A stretch of DNA of 63,611 nucleotides, counting the filler, from Octopus bimaculoides (Eukaryota): assembly GCF_001194135.2 (NCBI RefSeq). It is 6 parts of 4 records of this genome, joined end to end, with 100 filler letters (N's around TTAATTAATTAA, not from the genome) between each part and the next. Parts side by side here need not be neighbours in the genome. Positions count along the whole stretch, not along the records: positions 39,506 to 53,680 come from NC_069003.1; positions 53,781 to 56,403 come from NC_068989.1; positions 56,504 to 63,611 come from NC_069003.1; 3 more parts are not named here. The stretch is one strand, 5' to 3'. The notes under the pieces were generated by a model, which saw only the letters and a program-made list of their open reading frames with translations, had not been told where the DNA came from and searched no databases. Both the position numbers and the translations under genes were made by a program. Below, in pieces: positions 51,187-62,862 of this stretch. Numbering within the stretch: position 1 is the stretch's first letter; the number at the start of each line of letters is the position of its first letter.

Positions 51187-51600
51187 GTAGAAGCACATGG
51201 CTTAGTAATTTGGGTGTGAAACTCATGATCGTAAGACTGTAGCTTCGATTCCTAGACCAGGTGATGCGTTGTGTTTCTGAGCAAAGTACTTCATTTCATT
51301 TCACGTTGCTCCAGTCCACTTAGCTAATAAAATGAGTAATCCTGCGATGGACCAGCATCCCGTTCGGTAAGGAATATATACTGAAAAGTTCCTGGTTTTG
51401 AGTAAAAGAAAATACAGGAAGATCAGTTAATTGTAATTTTATTTAACATAATCCCCTATGAGATTCACACACTTATTGCAGCAATTTTTCAGTTTTTCTA
51501 AGCCCTATAAAAGAACTCGAAATGTTAAAGCCAGGAACTTTTCAGCACCAACTCGTAAACCAGATAAACCGGGAAACCAGTCCTGTGCTCCTTACAAAGT
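51187..51600 (+). mobile_element. SINE family D interrupted by a mariner MITE
   Basis: Head gtagaagcacatggcttagt..gcgttgtgtttctgagcaaagtacttcatttc. The tail resumes after 51557 (aaaccgggaaaccagtcc, compare the 45120 copy). Confidence 0.75.
51381..51557. mobile_element. Mariner-like MITE, copy 2
   Basis: ctgaaaagttcctggttttgagtaaaagaaaatacagg...aaagccaggaacttttcagcaccaactcg-TA; homologous to 78-297. Confidence 0.8.
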
Positions 51601-51937
51601 AATGTAGACTGACCATAGTTATTTATAATGAGTTATGAACACATTGTCGTCGTATAAAGAAGAAGCTGTACGTCTGTGACATACACAAAAGCCACTGGCA
51701 TGTTTATGCTCGAGTCTACCGGAACGTATTAAGAATGATATACAAATCATCGTCATTGATATATCAATTTATCTTTATTTATTCATTTCCTCTGTTTCTT
51801 AGGAATAAATGTTCTGAGTTGTGTATCTGTTTTAAGAGAAATTCATAAACTAATTCGTTCGTCTACTTATATGTATGTGTGTATGTGTCTATATATATGT
51901 ATACATATATTCACACATACTCCCCTATGTGTGTGTG

Positions 51938-52014
<77 letters not shown>

Positions 52015-52407
52015 NNNNNNNNNNNNNNNNNNNNNNNNNNNNNNNNNNNNNNNNNNNNNNNNNNNNNNNNNNNNNNNNNNNNNNNNNNNNNNNNNNNNNN
52101 NNNNNNNNNNNNNNNNNNNNNNNNNNNNNNNNNNNNNNNNNNNNNNNNNNNNNNNNNNNNNNNNNNNNNNNNNNNNNNNNNNNNNNNNNNNNNNNNNNNN
52201 NNNNNNNNNNNNNNNNNNNNNNNNNNNNTCACATACATACATACATACATACATGCATGCATGAATACATACATACATACATACATACATACATACAAAT
52301 TTTGCCGGAATTTAGGATTGCTGGATAAGCTGCAAATAAAATAAATTCTGTACGTTCAATAAACATTTAGAGCCGATGCGCAAATAAACAGACATAGTGC
52401 TCTCCCT

Positions 52408-52466
<59 letters not shown>

Positions 52467-52589
52467 AAGTGTGGTGCCAACTATGCCTTCACAGGCGAGA
52501 GAAACAACATTCACAATCCCTCAGTTGTCAGATGGTGTTTTTGAATGGAACCTACTAGGTGGAAGGGCTTGCCACCTGACGCTTAGGCT

Positions 52590-52985
52590 GAAGTAAGTAC
52601 ACCAAACAGAAATCATGGGAATATTGTCAAGAGGTGCACACTTGTTTTATATACCTCGAAAAATCATATGTCCGCGTCCCGTGGGACAAGCTGTACAGGG
52701 TTTTGCCGGAATTTGGGATTGCTGGACAACTTCTGGCTGCCATGAAGTTCCTACAAGAATGTTCAGATGTTTGTGCTTGGATAAATTGTGCTAAGTTCCA
52801 ACCTTTCAACCGAGGTGTTGAACTGCGGCAGGGGTGTTTATTGTCACCCCTCCTTTTCATAATCTTTATGAACTGAGTTGACATGCGTAGCCGGTTGTGG
52901 AAGAGCTATTACAATTGTTGAGTGTAGGATCAGTCAGCTATTATTTGCAGACGACATGGTACTACATGACTCATCAGAACGCATG
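52590..52985 (+). mobile_element. RTE-clade LINE reverse transcriptase fragment
   Basis: KSWEYCQEVHTCFIYLEKSYVRVPWDKLYRVL..FGI..GVELRQGCLLSPLLFIIFMN* / ISQLLFADDMVL. Contains RT motifs QG..LSP and FADD with a stop and frameshift. Confidence 0.92.
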
Positions 52986-53944
52986 TGTTGAGAGGGATTC
53001 TTTGAGGTTTGAATAAATGTAACAAAAGCAACGTTTGAAGGAAATATGGGCCATATTTCATACTTTCTAGGGGTAAGCAAATAGGAAATAATAATTGCAG
53101 CCTAAGGACAAAAATTGTGTCACAGTGTAATTTGACTTGATATAAACGTCGACTTGTGTATTTATTATGGATCAAGAGTTTTTGAAAGGTAAAATGAATT
53201 TTCAAAAGTAAAAATAAATTTGATGAAGGTGGCTTAATTCTACTTCCTATAGTTGTTACAGTAACAAGAAACGATTAAGTTGGGATTATAAAAATAAACA
53301 TAAAGGAAAAATAATAAAAGACAACATTATAACACTTATAAATGATGCATACAAAGATATGTGCGTATGTGTGGAAATGATAAAAGCAACACAGAAACGC
53401 GTACATCGATATTAGAATATATTAATATGAAATAAAAATTCATATCTTATTTGAAAGATGTAAGATTACTGGTGACAAGAATAAAAAAAAAAGACATTAT
53501 CTAGAAGGTTCGTTTCAAAACAAATATATCACAGACAAAATATTTCTCACACGCCAAAAAAAGTATATTTGATCGTCAAAATATATTCAGAAATGAATTC
53601 CTAAGCAAAGAGCTGAAGTATCTTTGATAAACGAAAGAACTACTTATGTTGCTGACAACGTTGACCAATGTATATGTATANNNNNNNNNNNNNNNNNNNN
53701 NNNNNNNNNNNNNNNNNNNNNNNNTTAATTAATTAANNNNNNNNNNNNNNNNNNNNNNNNNNNNNNNNNNNNNNNNNNNNATACGTTCAAGGTGTTCGGG
53801 AGGAATTCAACGAACTTTTATGTCTCCCTTTTTTTTTAGGATCAGTTTGATGTATTGGTAAACAGTCAACGGTGTCGGAATATATAAAGATTTAAACTGA
53901 AGTTGTGAAAAAGTTGGTCGACGTGGAAACCTGGAAACTATCGG

Positions 53945-54137
53945 CCAGAAATTTCGGAGAAGGAGATAAGTTGATTACATCGAACCCAGTGTTCAACTGG
54001 TAATTATTTTAACGAGCTCTAAAGGATGAAAGGCAAAGTCGACCTCGGCGGAATTTAAACTCAGGACGTAAAGTCGGTCGAAATGCCGCTGTGAATTTTG
54101 CCCGGCGGACTAACGATTCTGCTAGTTTGCCGCCTTG
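53945..54137 (-). mobile_element. SINE family B
   Basis: gattacatcgaacccagtgttcaactggta..aaggatgaaaggcaaagtcgacctcggcggaatttaaactc..aacgattctgctagtttgccgcctt. Confidence 0.88.
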
Positions 54138-54184
54138 AATATTGTTGCTCAATACTCTATGAACACTATAACGGCCGTAAGACG

Positions 54185-54675
54185 TGACATGAACATCATG
54201 AAAATTAAGTTTCCTCTAAACCATGATGGTCTTTGGGTGTGTCTCCAGTGAGGGTGACGTCATGTCGCCCATATCTTTGAACAGTGTCTTAGGCTCAATT
54301 CAAACTGTTATGTAAGGCTGCTGAAGAACGTGGTCAAACTCTGGCTGGAGAGGGTTGCTGTTAGAAAGCCATATGTGTGGCAGCAAGATTTAGCTCCTTG
54401 CCAAACCTCCAGAAAGAGTCAGAAGTGGTTGTCGGAGAATTTCTATGACTTCACCAATCCCAATTACAAGTCTCCTATGTCCCCCGAGTGTAATTCCATT
54501 CATTATTAAGTGTGGGGCGCAGTTGAGAGAGATCAACCTCTCTGCCTAGCTGGTGACCAAGACCAAGGAGGTGTTCAAAAGATCCTCTCAGACACAGATT
54601 GAGGAATGCATGCATCAGGTTCCAGAGCTGTCTTGAGGCCGTGGTGGAAGCTGAGGTCGGTTTTCTTGAGTTAAC
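54185..54675 (+). mobile_element. Tc1/mariner DD37D (maT) transposase pseudogene fragment
   Basis: MKIKFP..MVFGCVSSEGDVM..IFEQCLRLNS..YVWQQDLAPCQTSRKSQKWLSENFYDF..SPECNSIHY*VWGAVERD..RFQSCLEAVVEAE. There are 37 residues between the 2nd D and the decayed 3rd catalytic position. Confidence 0.85.
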
Positions 54676-54846
54676 AGTTATCTCCCAGCCATACTCTAGT
54701 GGATATTTTTTGATTTTTTAAAATACATTTATATTTCGATGGAGTATTATCTTTTCTTTCCTTTTATGCAAGCTGTCAAATATAGCCCGAGCACTCTTTA
54801 CATACATACATACATACATACATACGTACATACATACATACATACA

Positions 54847-54880
<34 letters not shown>

Positions 54881-55215
54881 CATGCATACATACATATATA
54901 CATACTCACTCATACATGTATGTATGCATGTGTGTGTGTATGTGTGTGTGTGCAAGTCTATACCAACCATATGCCTGCCCTAAAATAAATCTGAAAATTT
55001 TCTGTAAATACTTTTCCTTTTGCGTATTGATAATTTCGATGGTGTAGAGTTAATGCTGATAAGTGTACCATCCATGGAGAATGCTGAAAGATTCTAAAAG
55101 CATTGCTGCTCCCTGCTTGGTGTTACTACTTCTACAGCAGTCACTTTCGTATTTAAAACAAAATGATAAAGTAAAATTTAGCAATCACCGTTCTTTTGTT
55201 GTTGTTTTTTTTTAC

Positions 55216-55296
55216 GTTCTCATCTTTATATCTGACGTTATTAACTCGCAGAATGCTTTTGCTTCTCAGGTCGACCCGGGAATAGAAGAGATAGAA
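55216..55296 (-). other. Candidate 81-nt phase-0 exon (FYLFYSRVDLRSKSILRVNNVRYKDEN)
   Basis: gattttatttcAG| open frame |GTAAAA; in phase with the candidate exon at 58920-58967. No homology recognised. Confidence 0.25.
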
Positions 55297-55451
55297 CTGA
55301 AATAAAATCACCTCCTCAGGGATTCTATTTTGATCGGAATCAATGAAAAACGTCGATATTACAGCTTCTTTTTTTTTCTATTAGGTCACTGGATTTCTGA
55401 CGAAAGATATATGGAGCGCCCCCTATATAATAATAATGTGTGTATGTGTGT

Positions 55452-55870
55452 GTGTAGGCGTGGCTGTGTGGTAAGAAGCTCGCTTCGAACCCGGAACCAC
55501 ATGGTTCTGAGTTCAATTCCATTGTGTGACACTTACGGCAACTGTCTTCTACTATAGCCTCGGCCCAACCAAAGCCTTATGTGTGGATTTGGTTGACAGA
55601 AACTGAAAGAAGTCCATCATATATATATATATATANNNNNNNNNNNNNNNNNNNNNNNNTTATATGAGTGTATCTTTCTATCAATGTTTGTTCCTCCGTC
55701 ATCGCTTAATCACCGCTGTTATTGTGTTTACGTCCCCGTAACGTAGCGGTTCGGCAAAAAAAACCGATAGAATAAGTCCTGGGGTCGATTTCTTCGACTG
55801 CAAAAAAAAAAAACATTTGAGGCGGTGCTCCAGCATGGCCGCAGTCAAATGACTGAAACAAGTAAACGCA
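55452..55870 (+). mobile_element. SINE family A, both halves, small internal gap
   Basis: Head gtaggcgtggctgtgtggtaagaagc and tail. The segment between two aataagt direct repeats is deleted. Confidence 0.88.
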
Positions 55871-55994
55871 TAAAAGAATGTATGTGTGTGTGTGTATGTA
55901 TATATACGAATGAGTGTATTTAAATGCATACATATATTGTGGTGTGTATACATACATAGGCGTGACTTTGTAGCAAGAAGGATTATTGATTTTT

Positions 55995-56131
55995 CTGCTT
56001 GAGTGGAGTGGAGCAACGTGAAATGAAGTATTTGTTCAAGACTACAGTGCGTCGCCCGGTCCGGGAATCGAGATCACAATCTTACGATAATGAGCACAAC
56101 ACCCCTAATCGCTTAACCACGTGCCTCCACA
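55995..56131 (-). mobile_element. SINE family D, 5' portion
   Basis: gagtggagtggagcaacgtgaaatgaagt..cgcccggtccgggaatcga..cacgtgcctccac. Confidence 0.82.
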
Positions 56132-56657
56132 CAGTTCTGCGACAACCGCCGGATATTGTAATTTCTCGCATATAATAATGTATTTCAAATATAAAGAGCT
56201 ATTAAAACTGGCTCTTCCTTTCAAATTAGACAGCTACAGGCAATGAATAAATAAATATAAACAAAAAGAACCTTATCATATGAATTATATTCAGATAAAC
56301 AGAGAAAGAAAAAGAAAACAGTATTAGTTGATGATCGATATTGTTTTATTTTTACATCAGCAAACATATCAGGTGATTTTAAATGCGATTCGCCTCCTAT
56401 TTANNNNNNNNNNNNNNNNNNNNNNNNNNNNNNNNNNNNNNNNNNNNTTAATTAATTAANNNNNNNNNNNNNNNNNNNNNNNNNNNNNNNNNNNNNNNNN
56501 NNNCACACACACACACACATATATATATATGCATGTATACATACATACAAAAACACTCTGTTGTTGATGTTGAAATTCCAATGAAAGAACCTTGGATCTA
56601 GGTTAGAAACCGGCTCTTTCTCTGTTGGCAAGAAATCTTGAAATTAAACTGAATAAT

Positions 56658-56705
<48 letters not shown>

Positions 56706-57119
56706 TACATACATATACACGCATGCGTACGTACATATATACATGCGCGTGTATATATATATATATATACATACATACGTACACACATACACATATATAT
56801 GCATACACATATACATACGTATATATACATGGACACATACTTTCTTGCAAATATATTTACGTACGTATATGCATAAATACCTACACACACTCACACACGC
56901 ACTCATGCATACACACACACACACAGACGATGTTAATATTACTCAGACGATGTAAAGATATGAATAATATATCACACCATATTTCAAGGTTGTGGTCTCA
57001 CAGTTTAAGAGCAGAAGATAATTACAAATTGTTTGGAACAAAAACAGAAACACAAAACGCAAAAGAGCAAGCAAAAGAACAAAAAAAAAAAAAAAAAAAA
57101 AAAAAACCGGTAAACGGTT

Positions 57120-57275
57120 TTGTGGGGAGGGGTGAGTTAATACCTTCGACCCCAGTATTCGACTGGTATTTTATTTTATCGACACTGAAAGGATGAAAGG
57201 CGAACGTTGCTGTCGACCTTGGCGGAGATTTGTGAACTCAGAGCGAAGAATCGGAAGAAATACCACAAGATATTT
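57120..57275 (-). mobile_element. SINE family B
   Basis: cgaccccagta..gactggtattttattttatcgacactgaaaggatgaaaggcg..gtcgaccttggcggaga..gaactcaga. Confidence 0.8.
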
Positions 57276-57459
57276 TTTAGATGCTCTTCAGACGCAAGAC
57301 AGTGAAATGTTTCTGTTGGTATATACTTTTATGTTGTCTCCATGAACTGAAAGATTTTATTTACGGTTGGTAGATTTTTGAAAATAAAATCTACTTCCAG
57401 CTTTGGAAGTTATTTTAAAGCTGTCACTTCAAGATTAATTTGTTATTCCAGTAATGATC

Positions 57460-58016
57460 TTAACTATCTACCAAAAATCAGAATTGGTATTTTCTGCAAG
57501 TCACGTTACCTCAATAAAGTTGACATTTTAACAACAAAAAGAAAGTTGCAAACACTACATTCCTCAACAAAAGATAGATTGGTTTATAAAACTGTTTTTC
57601 AGAGTTAATGGTAATGAAATGTTGAATGGATGTGTTTGATTTCTGCAGTAAAAGGGTTAAAATAAAATTAGAGAACATTGGATAATGTGACCCTGAATTC
57701 AGTTTTTCTGGAAAAAAAGTAGGACAGTCATGGTTGGAATGTATTTGATCACATTTGACAAGGTCCCTTAAGTCATTCACTGTGAAATTAAATCTCATGT
57801 TTATTGCCATAATGATGTTAATTATCTATCAAGAAAATAGAGTTGGTATTTTCTGCAAGTTATGTTGCCTCAGTAAACTTGACATATCTCAACAGAAAAT
57901 AGTTTCAAACATGATATTCCTCGACAAAAGATAGAATGATATTTAAAACTGCATTTTGTAAGTTAAACAACGAAATTTTGACTGAAAATATCTGATTTCC
58001 ACAATAAAAGGATTAA
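57460..58016 (+). repeat. Two diverged ~200-bp direct repeats (57460-57660 and 57818-58016), piggyBac-MITE-like ends
   Basis: Both run aatgat.ttaa.tatcta..ttggtattttctgcaagt..ttgacat..ttcctc.acaaaagatag..gatttc...aaaagg(g/a)ttaa. Confidence 0.7.
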
Positions 58017-58342
58017 GTGGTCATTTGAAAAGTGTTTTCTCCCAGAGTGGCAATTCTGAAGAATGGTCAAGCATCAATGATTAGAAGACAAGGCTTTAAG
58101 TGGCTTTGGTTCGTAGATATATGTAGGAACATAGCGAAGGGTTGAGTTGGTCGTTTAATTAATACTTTGTCGTTTCATGCTCATTTGGTGCGAATGTTAA
58201 TTGCTAAGTGATTCCATTAATTATTATGTTAAGTGTAGGATGTAGGCTGTTTGCTTCAAACTAGGCTACTGAAACTAGGTGCATGCTCTGACCATAGATG
58301 AAGAGGAGTGACCTTTGCGGAATGTAGGGAATTCTTTTATTC

Positions 58343-58740
58343 TTCTACTTGTTTCAGTCATTTGACTGCGGTCATGCTGGAGCGCCACCTTAAAGGGGTA
58401 AGAAATAGACTTCAGGACTCATTCTTTGTAAGCCTAGTACTTATAATATCGGTCTTTTTACTGAGCCAATAAGTTACGGGGATATAAACACACCAGCATC
58501 GGTTGTCAAGCGATGGTAGGGGACAAACACACACACATACACATAAATATATATATAAAATAAAAAAATTATATATACGAAGAGCTTCTTTCAGTTTCTG
58601 CTTACCAAATCCACTCACAGGGCTTTAGCCGGCCCGAGGTTATAGTAGAAGACAGTTGCTCAAGGTGCCACGCTGTAGAACTGAACCAGGAACCATGTGG
58701 TTGGGTAGTAAGCTTCTTACCACACAACCACGACAGCGCC
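58343..58740 (-). mobile_element. SINE family A, complete copy with short internal microsatellite
   Basis: Tail 58343-58530, a ~50-nt (CA)/(TA) linker, and head ~58580-58740 are contiguous with no gap. Confidence 0.9.
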
Positions 58741-58919
58741 TAAGTAAAAAAAACTTTTAAATATTTAAAAATAAATCGATTAAGATTTATTAAGCCGCAT
58801 TCTTTAACCCAAGGATAACAAACAGGAAGTACGTACTTTTAAACTTATAACACAAAAAGTACGAAAAACTTTACGTGCAAAACTATTGAACACAAGAAAT
58901 GATCGCACCGGTACCTTAC

Positions 58920-58967
58920 GAAAATGATGACCATCAAAATAAAGAACCGGACGTTATTCCTCATGTC
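58920..58967 (-). other. Candidate first coding exon encoding a signal-peptide-like MRNNVRFFILMVIIF
   Basis: aaattttatttgcAG|GAC ATG AGG AAT AAC GTC CGG TTC TTT ATT TTG ATG GTC ATC ATT TTC|GTAAGG. ATG at 58964-58962. Confidence 0.3.
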
Positions 58968-59374
58968 CTGCAAATAAAATTTTAAAAAGTATAAATGGAC
59001 GCATGAGGAATATATTTCAATCCTACATGCTTATTTTACAGCAGTACTCTACCCACATAACGAAAACGCAACAACATATACATATAAAATCGGGAAGAAA
59101 AATAACCTAGATAAAGATTTAGATAGAGCAATGAACCTTAATAAACTAGTCAACATATGGAGATATATTCACGCAAAAAAAAAAAAAAAGAAAAAGAAAT
59201 AGAGCACGTAAAAGGAAAAAAATACATCAGGAAAACGGAGATAGTGACCATACAGCAATGCCAAATAAATATCATAAGCACTGGGGTTGTAAAATACGAA
59301 AACAGACGTAAAGTGCCCGACAAAACGAAGTAAGCAACAAAAAACAACAAACCCAGACCGTAGGAATGTATAAT

Positions 59375-59395
59375 GTAATAATAATAATAATAATG

Positions 59396-59458
<63 letters not shown>

Positions 59459-59672
59459 GTTTGCACGCCGGGCGAAATGCTTAGCGGTATTTCGTCTGCC
59501 GTTACGTTCTGAGTTCAAATTTCGCCGAGGTCAACATTGTCTTTCATCCTTTCGGGGTCGATTAAATAAGTACCAGTTACGCGCTGGGGTCGATGTAAAC
59601 GACTTAATCCCTTTGACTGTCCTTCTTTGTCCTCTGTACGTTTAGCTTCCTGTGGGCAATAAATTAATAATG

Positions 59673-59735
<63 letters not shown>
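59375..59735 (+). mobile_element. SINE family B (59460-59660) flanked on both sides by (AAT)n
   Basis: gcacgccgggcgaaatgcttagcggtatttcg..tttcatcctttcggggtcgattaaataagtaccag; AAT tracts at 59375-59458 and 59665-59735. Confidence 0.88.
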
Positions 59736-59736
<1 letters not shown>

Positions 59737-60905
59737 GGGTAATTATATCAAGAGTTAACGGAAGAAATTTTCAGAAAAATTAAGATGACACTGAAAAGAT
59801 CTTTGGACAATTTCAGCGATAGTACCCAAAGAAAAAAATATAAACAAAAGCCTTCAAGAAAAATTTATTCGTTCAGATTTTCATAAAGCAAAATTTCAAA
59901 AAATGTTGAAACCCGCAAAAATAATTTCAAATACTCTTATGCAAAGAAGGTTGAAATGTAAAAAACAGAAAGCAGTAAAGGGTGGGGATTGATGTCGATA
60001 ATGTAGGGTGAGAATGTGAGAGAAAATGATGACACAATAATTAGAATAATAGATATAAGTTTTAAAACTAGGAATGGTAACGAAAAAAATGTTCTGAAGT
60101 AAATGATGATGTTAACAGGGTGATGGTGACACTGGCGTCAGGGTGGGACTTTTAGGGGTAAGATGAAGATGCTGAATGTGCGAATGTTAAGAACAGTGGG
60201 TGGTGGATTCCAGACGTGTGTGAATATACACAGAAGGGAATTAATGCTGTCATGTTTTAACGGAGTCTTAAGGAGTAAGAAATGATAAATGTTAAGGTGT
60301 GTCGTCAAATGAGAAAATTAAGATGAGATTGAAAAGACATATCTAGACTTGAGAATCCTTGGATTTTGAGAGCTTTTGAGAAAGGGCTTGTGTGACGATG
60401 TACATGCGTCTGTTGAGTATGGATGTGTGGCTCCATGTGTGTCTTTGTGTGTGTATGTGTATATGGTCATGCATTTTCGTCTCCTTTTGTGTATGTGTGT
60501 GTGTGTGCGTGGACTTGTCTGTCCGTATTACCTATGTACTTACCTATCTGTTTACCTACCTACATATATATATATATATATATANNNNNNNNNNNNNNNN
60601 NNNNNNNNNNNNNNNNNNNNNNNNNNNNNNNNNNNNNNNNNNNNNNNNNNNNNNNNNNNNNNNNNNNNNNNNNNNNNNNNNNNNNNNNNNNNNNNNNNNN
60701 NNNNNNNNNNNNNNNNNNNNNNNNNNNNNNNNNNNNNNNNNNNNNNNNNNNNNNNNNNNNNNNNNNNNNNNNNNNNNNNNNNNNNNNNNNNNNNNNNNNN
60801 NNNNNNNNNNNNNNNNNNNNNNNNNNNNNNNNNNNNNNNNNNNNNNNNNNNNNNNNNNNNNNNNNNNNNNNNNNNNNNNNNNNNNNNNNNNNNNNNNNNN
60901 NNNNN

Positions 60906-61273
60906 TCAGACAATTTCTGCGACCATGTCACCACTAACTCCCTAGACTGCAATCCCCTTGATTATTATGTGTGGGGCGCAGCTGAGCGAGAGACCAACAA
61001 AACTCCTTTCAACACCAAAGACGAACTGAAGGCAAGGATTATGACAGCATTCACCAACTTAAAGAAGAAGACCGTCCAGAAAAGTTGCGGGAGATTCCGA
61101 AGTCGTCTGGAGGCTGTGGTTGAAGCCGATGGTGATTTTATTGAATAAATTAACTCCTTAGTATTTCCAGATATTTTTATGTAATTTTGGTAAATATATC
61201 TGTTAAAAGGAGATGTCAGTGTTATTTTCCTTTTTGCGTAATTTAGACGACAATTTATTCACCGCACTCTGTA
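60906..61273 (+). mobile_element. DD37D (maT) element 3' end with transposase C-terminus and TIR
   Basis: SDNFCDHVTTNSLDCNPLDYYVWGAAERETNKTPFNTKDELKARIM..RFRSRLEAVVEADGDFIE*, then gacaatttattcaccgcactctg-TA. The 5' part lies in the gap. Confidence 0.9.
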
Positions 61274-61576
61274 CATATATTCATATTCTACCCCCACCAT
61301 CATTAGTGGTGGGGGTGGCTTCCTAAATTCAACGACCCCTTTGTTCAAAACCACAACCGAACCCTCTTCCCCCACCCTCTTCACATCCATTCATACCCTC
61401 CTCTAATGCCTAATTCCTATGGTATTTTTAAGCTGGTAGCAGACAAGAAATTCTTCTCAAGTCTTTGACACAAAACTTCTTCATTCTCAAGGGTTAGGAA
61501 CTTTTTATGATTATCAACCTCTCCCCACTACCATTACACGTTCTTCTCATTTGCTTTTCTCTTCCTTTCGCTTTTG

Positions 61577-61640
<64 letters not shown>

Positions 61641-61653
61641 TTCTCTCACTTTC

Positions 61654-61696
<43 letters not shown>

Positions 61697-61697
61697 A
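61577..61697. repeat. (TATC)n then (TTTC)n microsatellites
   Basis: Direct tandem repeats. Confidence 0.95.
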
Positions 61698-61991
61698 CTA
61701 TCGCTGTGTTTGATGTTGATTTCATCCAGCTTCAGGACAGCCCCTATCAAACTGATCAATGATCAAAGCCGTTGTTCCAGTCGTGACACTCCCAACGATT
61801 TTTCCAGATCGTGTATTAGAGACAACCCGACCTAATGTGTTCGCTTATTTTTAAAAATGTGAAACGAGGTAGATTAGCTGATATTTCTAGCAGAGAGAGG
61901 GAGAAAGAGAGAGAGTGTGTGAAGGAGAGTGGGAGAGACAGCCTGGAAATTTTATCAGTGTTGTAATTGTTGTCCTTGTCGTCGGAGACCA

Positions 61992-61999
61992 TGACGATA

Positions 62000-62046
<47 letters not shown>

Positions 62047-62180
62047 GATGATGGTGATGATGGTGATGATGATGATGGTGATGATGGTGATGGTGATGAT
62101 GATGATGGTGATGGTGATGATGGTGATGGTGATGGTGATGGTGGTGGTGGTGGTGGTGGTGGTGATGATGGTGAAAATAA
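61992..62180. repeat. (GAT/GGT)n compound trinucleotide repeat
   Basis: Direct tandem repeat grading from GAT to GGT. Confidence 0.92.
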
Positions 62181-62824
62181 TGAAGGTGAAAAGAAGGAGA
62201 CAGGAAGAGGAAGAGGAGGAGAAGGATGAAGAACGCCGGTGAATTTAATGGCTTTATCNNNNNNNNNNNNNNNNNNNNNNNNNNNNNNNNNNNNNNNNNN
62301 NNNNNNNNNNNNNNNNNNNNNNNNNNNNNNNNNNNNNNNNNNNNNNNNNNNNNNNNNNNNNNNNNNNNNNNNNNNNNNNNNNNNNNNNNNNNNNNNNNNN
62401 NNNNNNNNNNNNNNNNNNNNNNNNNNNNNNNNNNNNNNNNNNNNNNNNNNNNNNNNNNNNNNNNNNNNNNNNNNNNNNNNNNNNNNNNNNNNNNNNNNNN
62501 NNNNNNNNNNNNNNNNNNNNNNNNNNNNNNNNNNNNNNNNNNNNNNNNNNNNNNNNNNNNNNNNNNNNNNNNNNNNNNNNNNNNNNNNNNNNNNNNNNNN
62601 NNNNNNNNNNNNNNNNNNNNNNNNNNNNNNNNNNNNNNNNNNNNNNNNNNNNNNNNNNNNNNNNNNNNNNNNNNNNNNNNNNNNNNNNNNNNNNNNNNNN
62701 NNNNNNNNNNNNNNNNNNNNNNNNNNNNNNNNNNNNNNNNNNNNNNNNNNNNNNNNNNNNNNNNNNNNNNNNNNNNNNNNNNNNNNNNNNNNNNNNNNNN
62801 NNNNNNNNNNNNNNNNNNNNNNNN

Positions 62825-62862
<38 letters not shown>

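Noticed and set aside
59990-60380. CR1/L2-like 3' end (HVWNPPPTVLNIRTF) on the minus strand
   Set aside because: Too degenerate to support without an HMM search.
61915-62242. Asp/Gly-rich or poly-Met ORFs (biomineralisation-like acidic protein)
   Set aside because: They coincide exactly with a GAT/GGT microsatellite; no splice or signal-peptide support.
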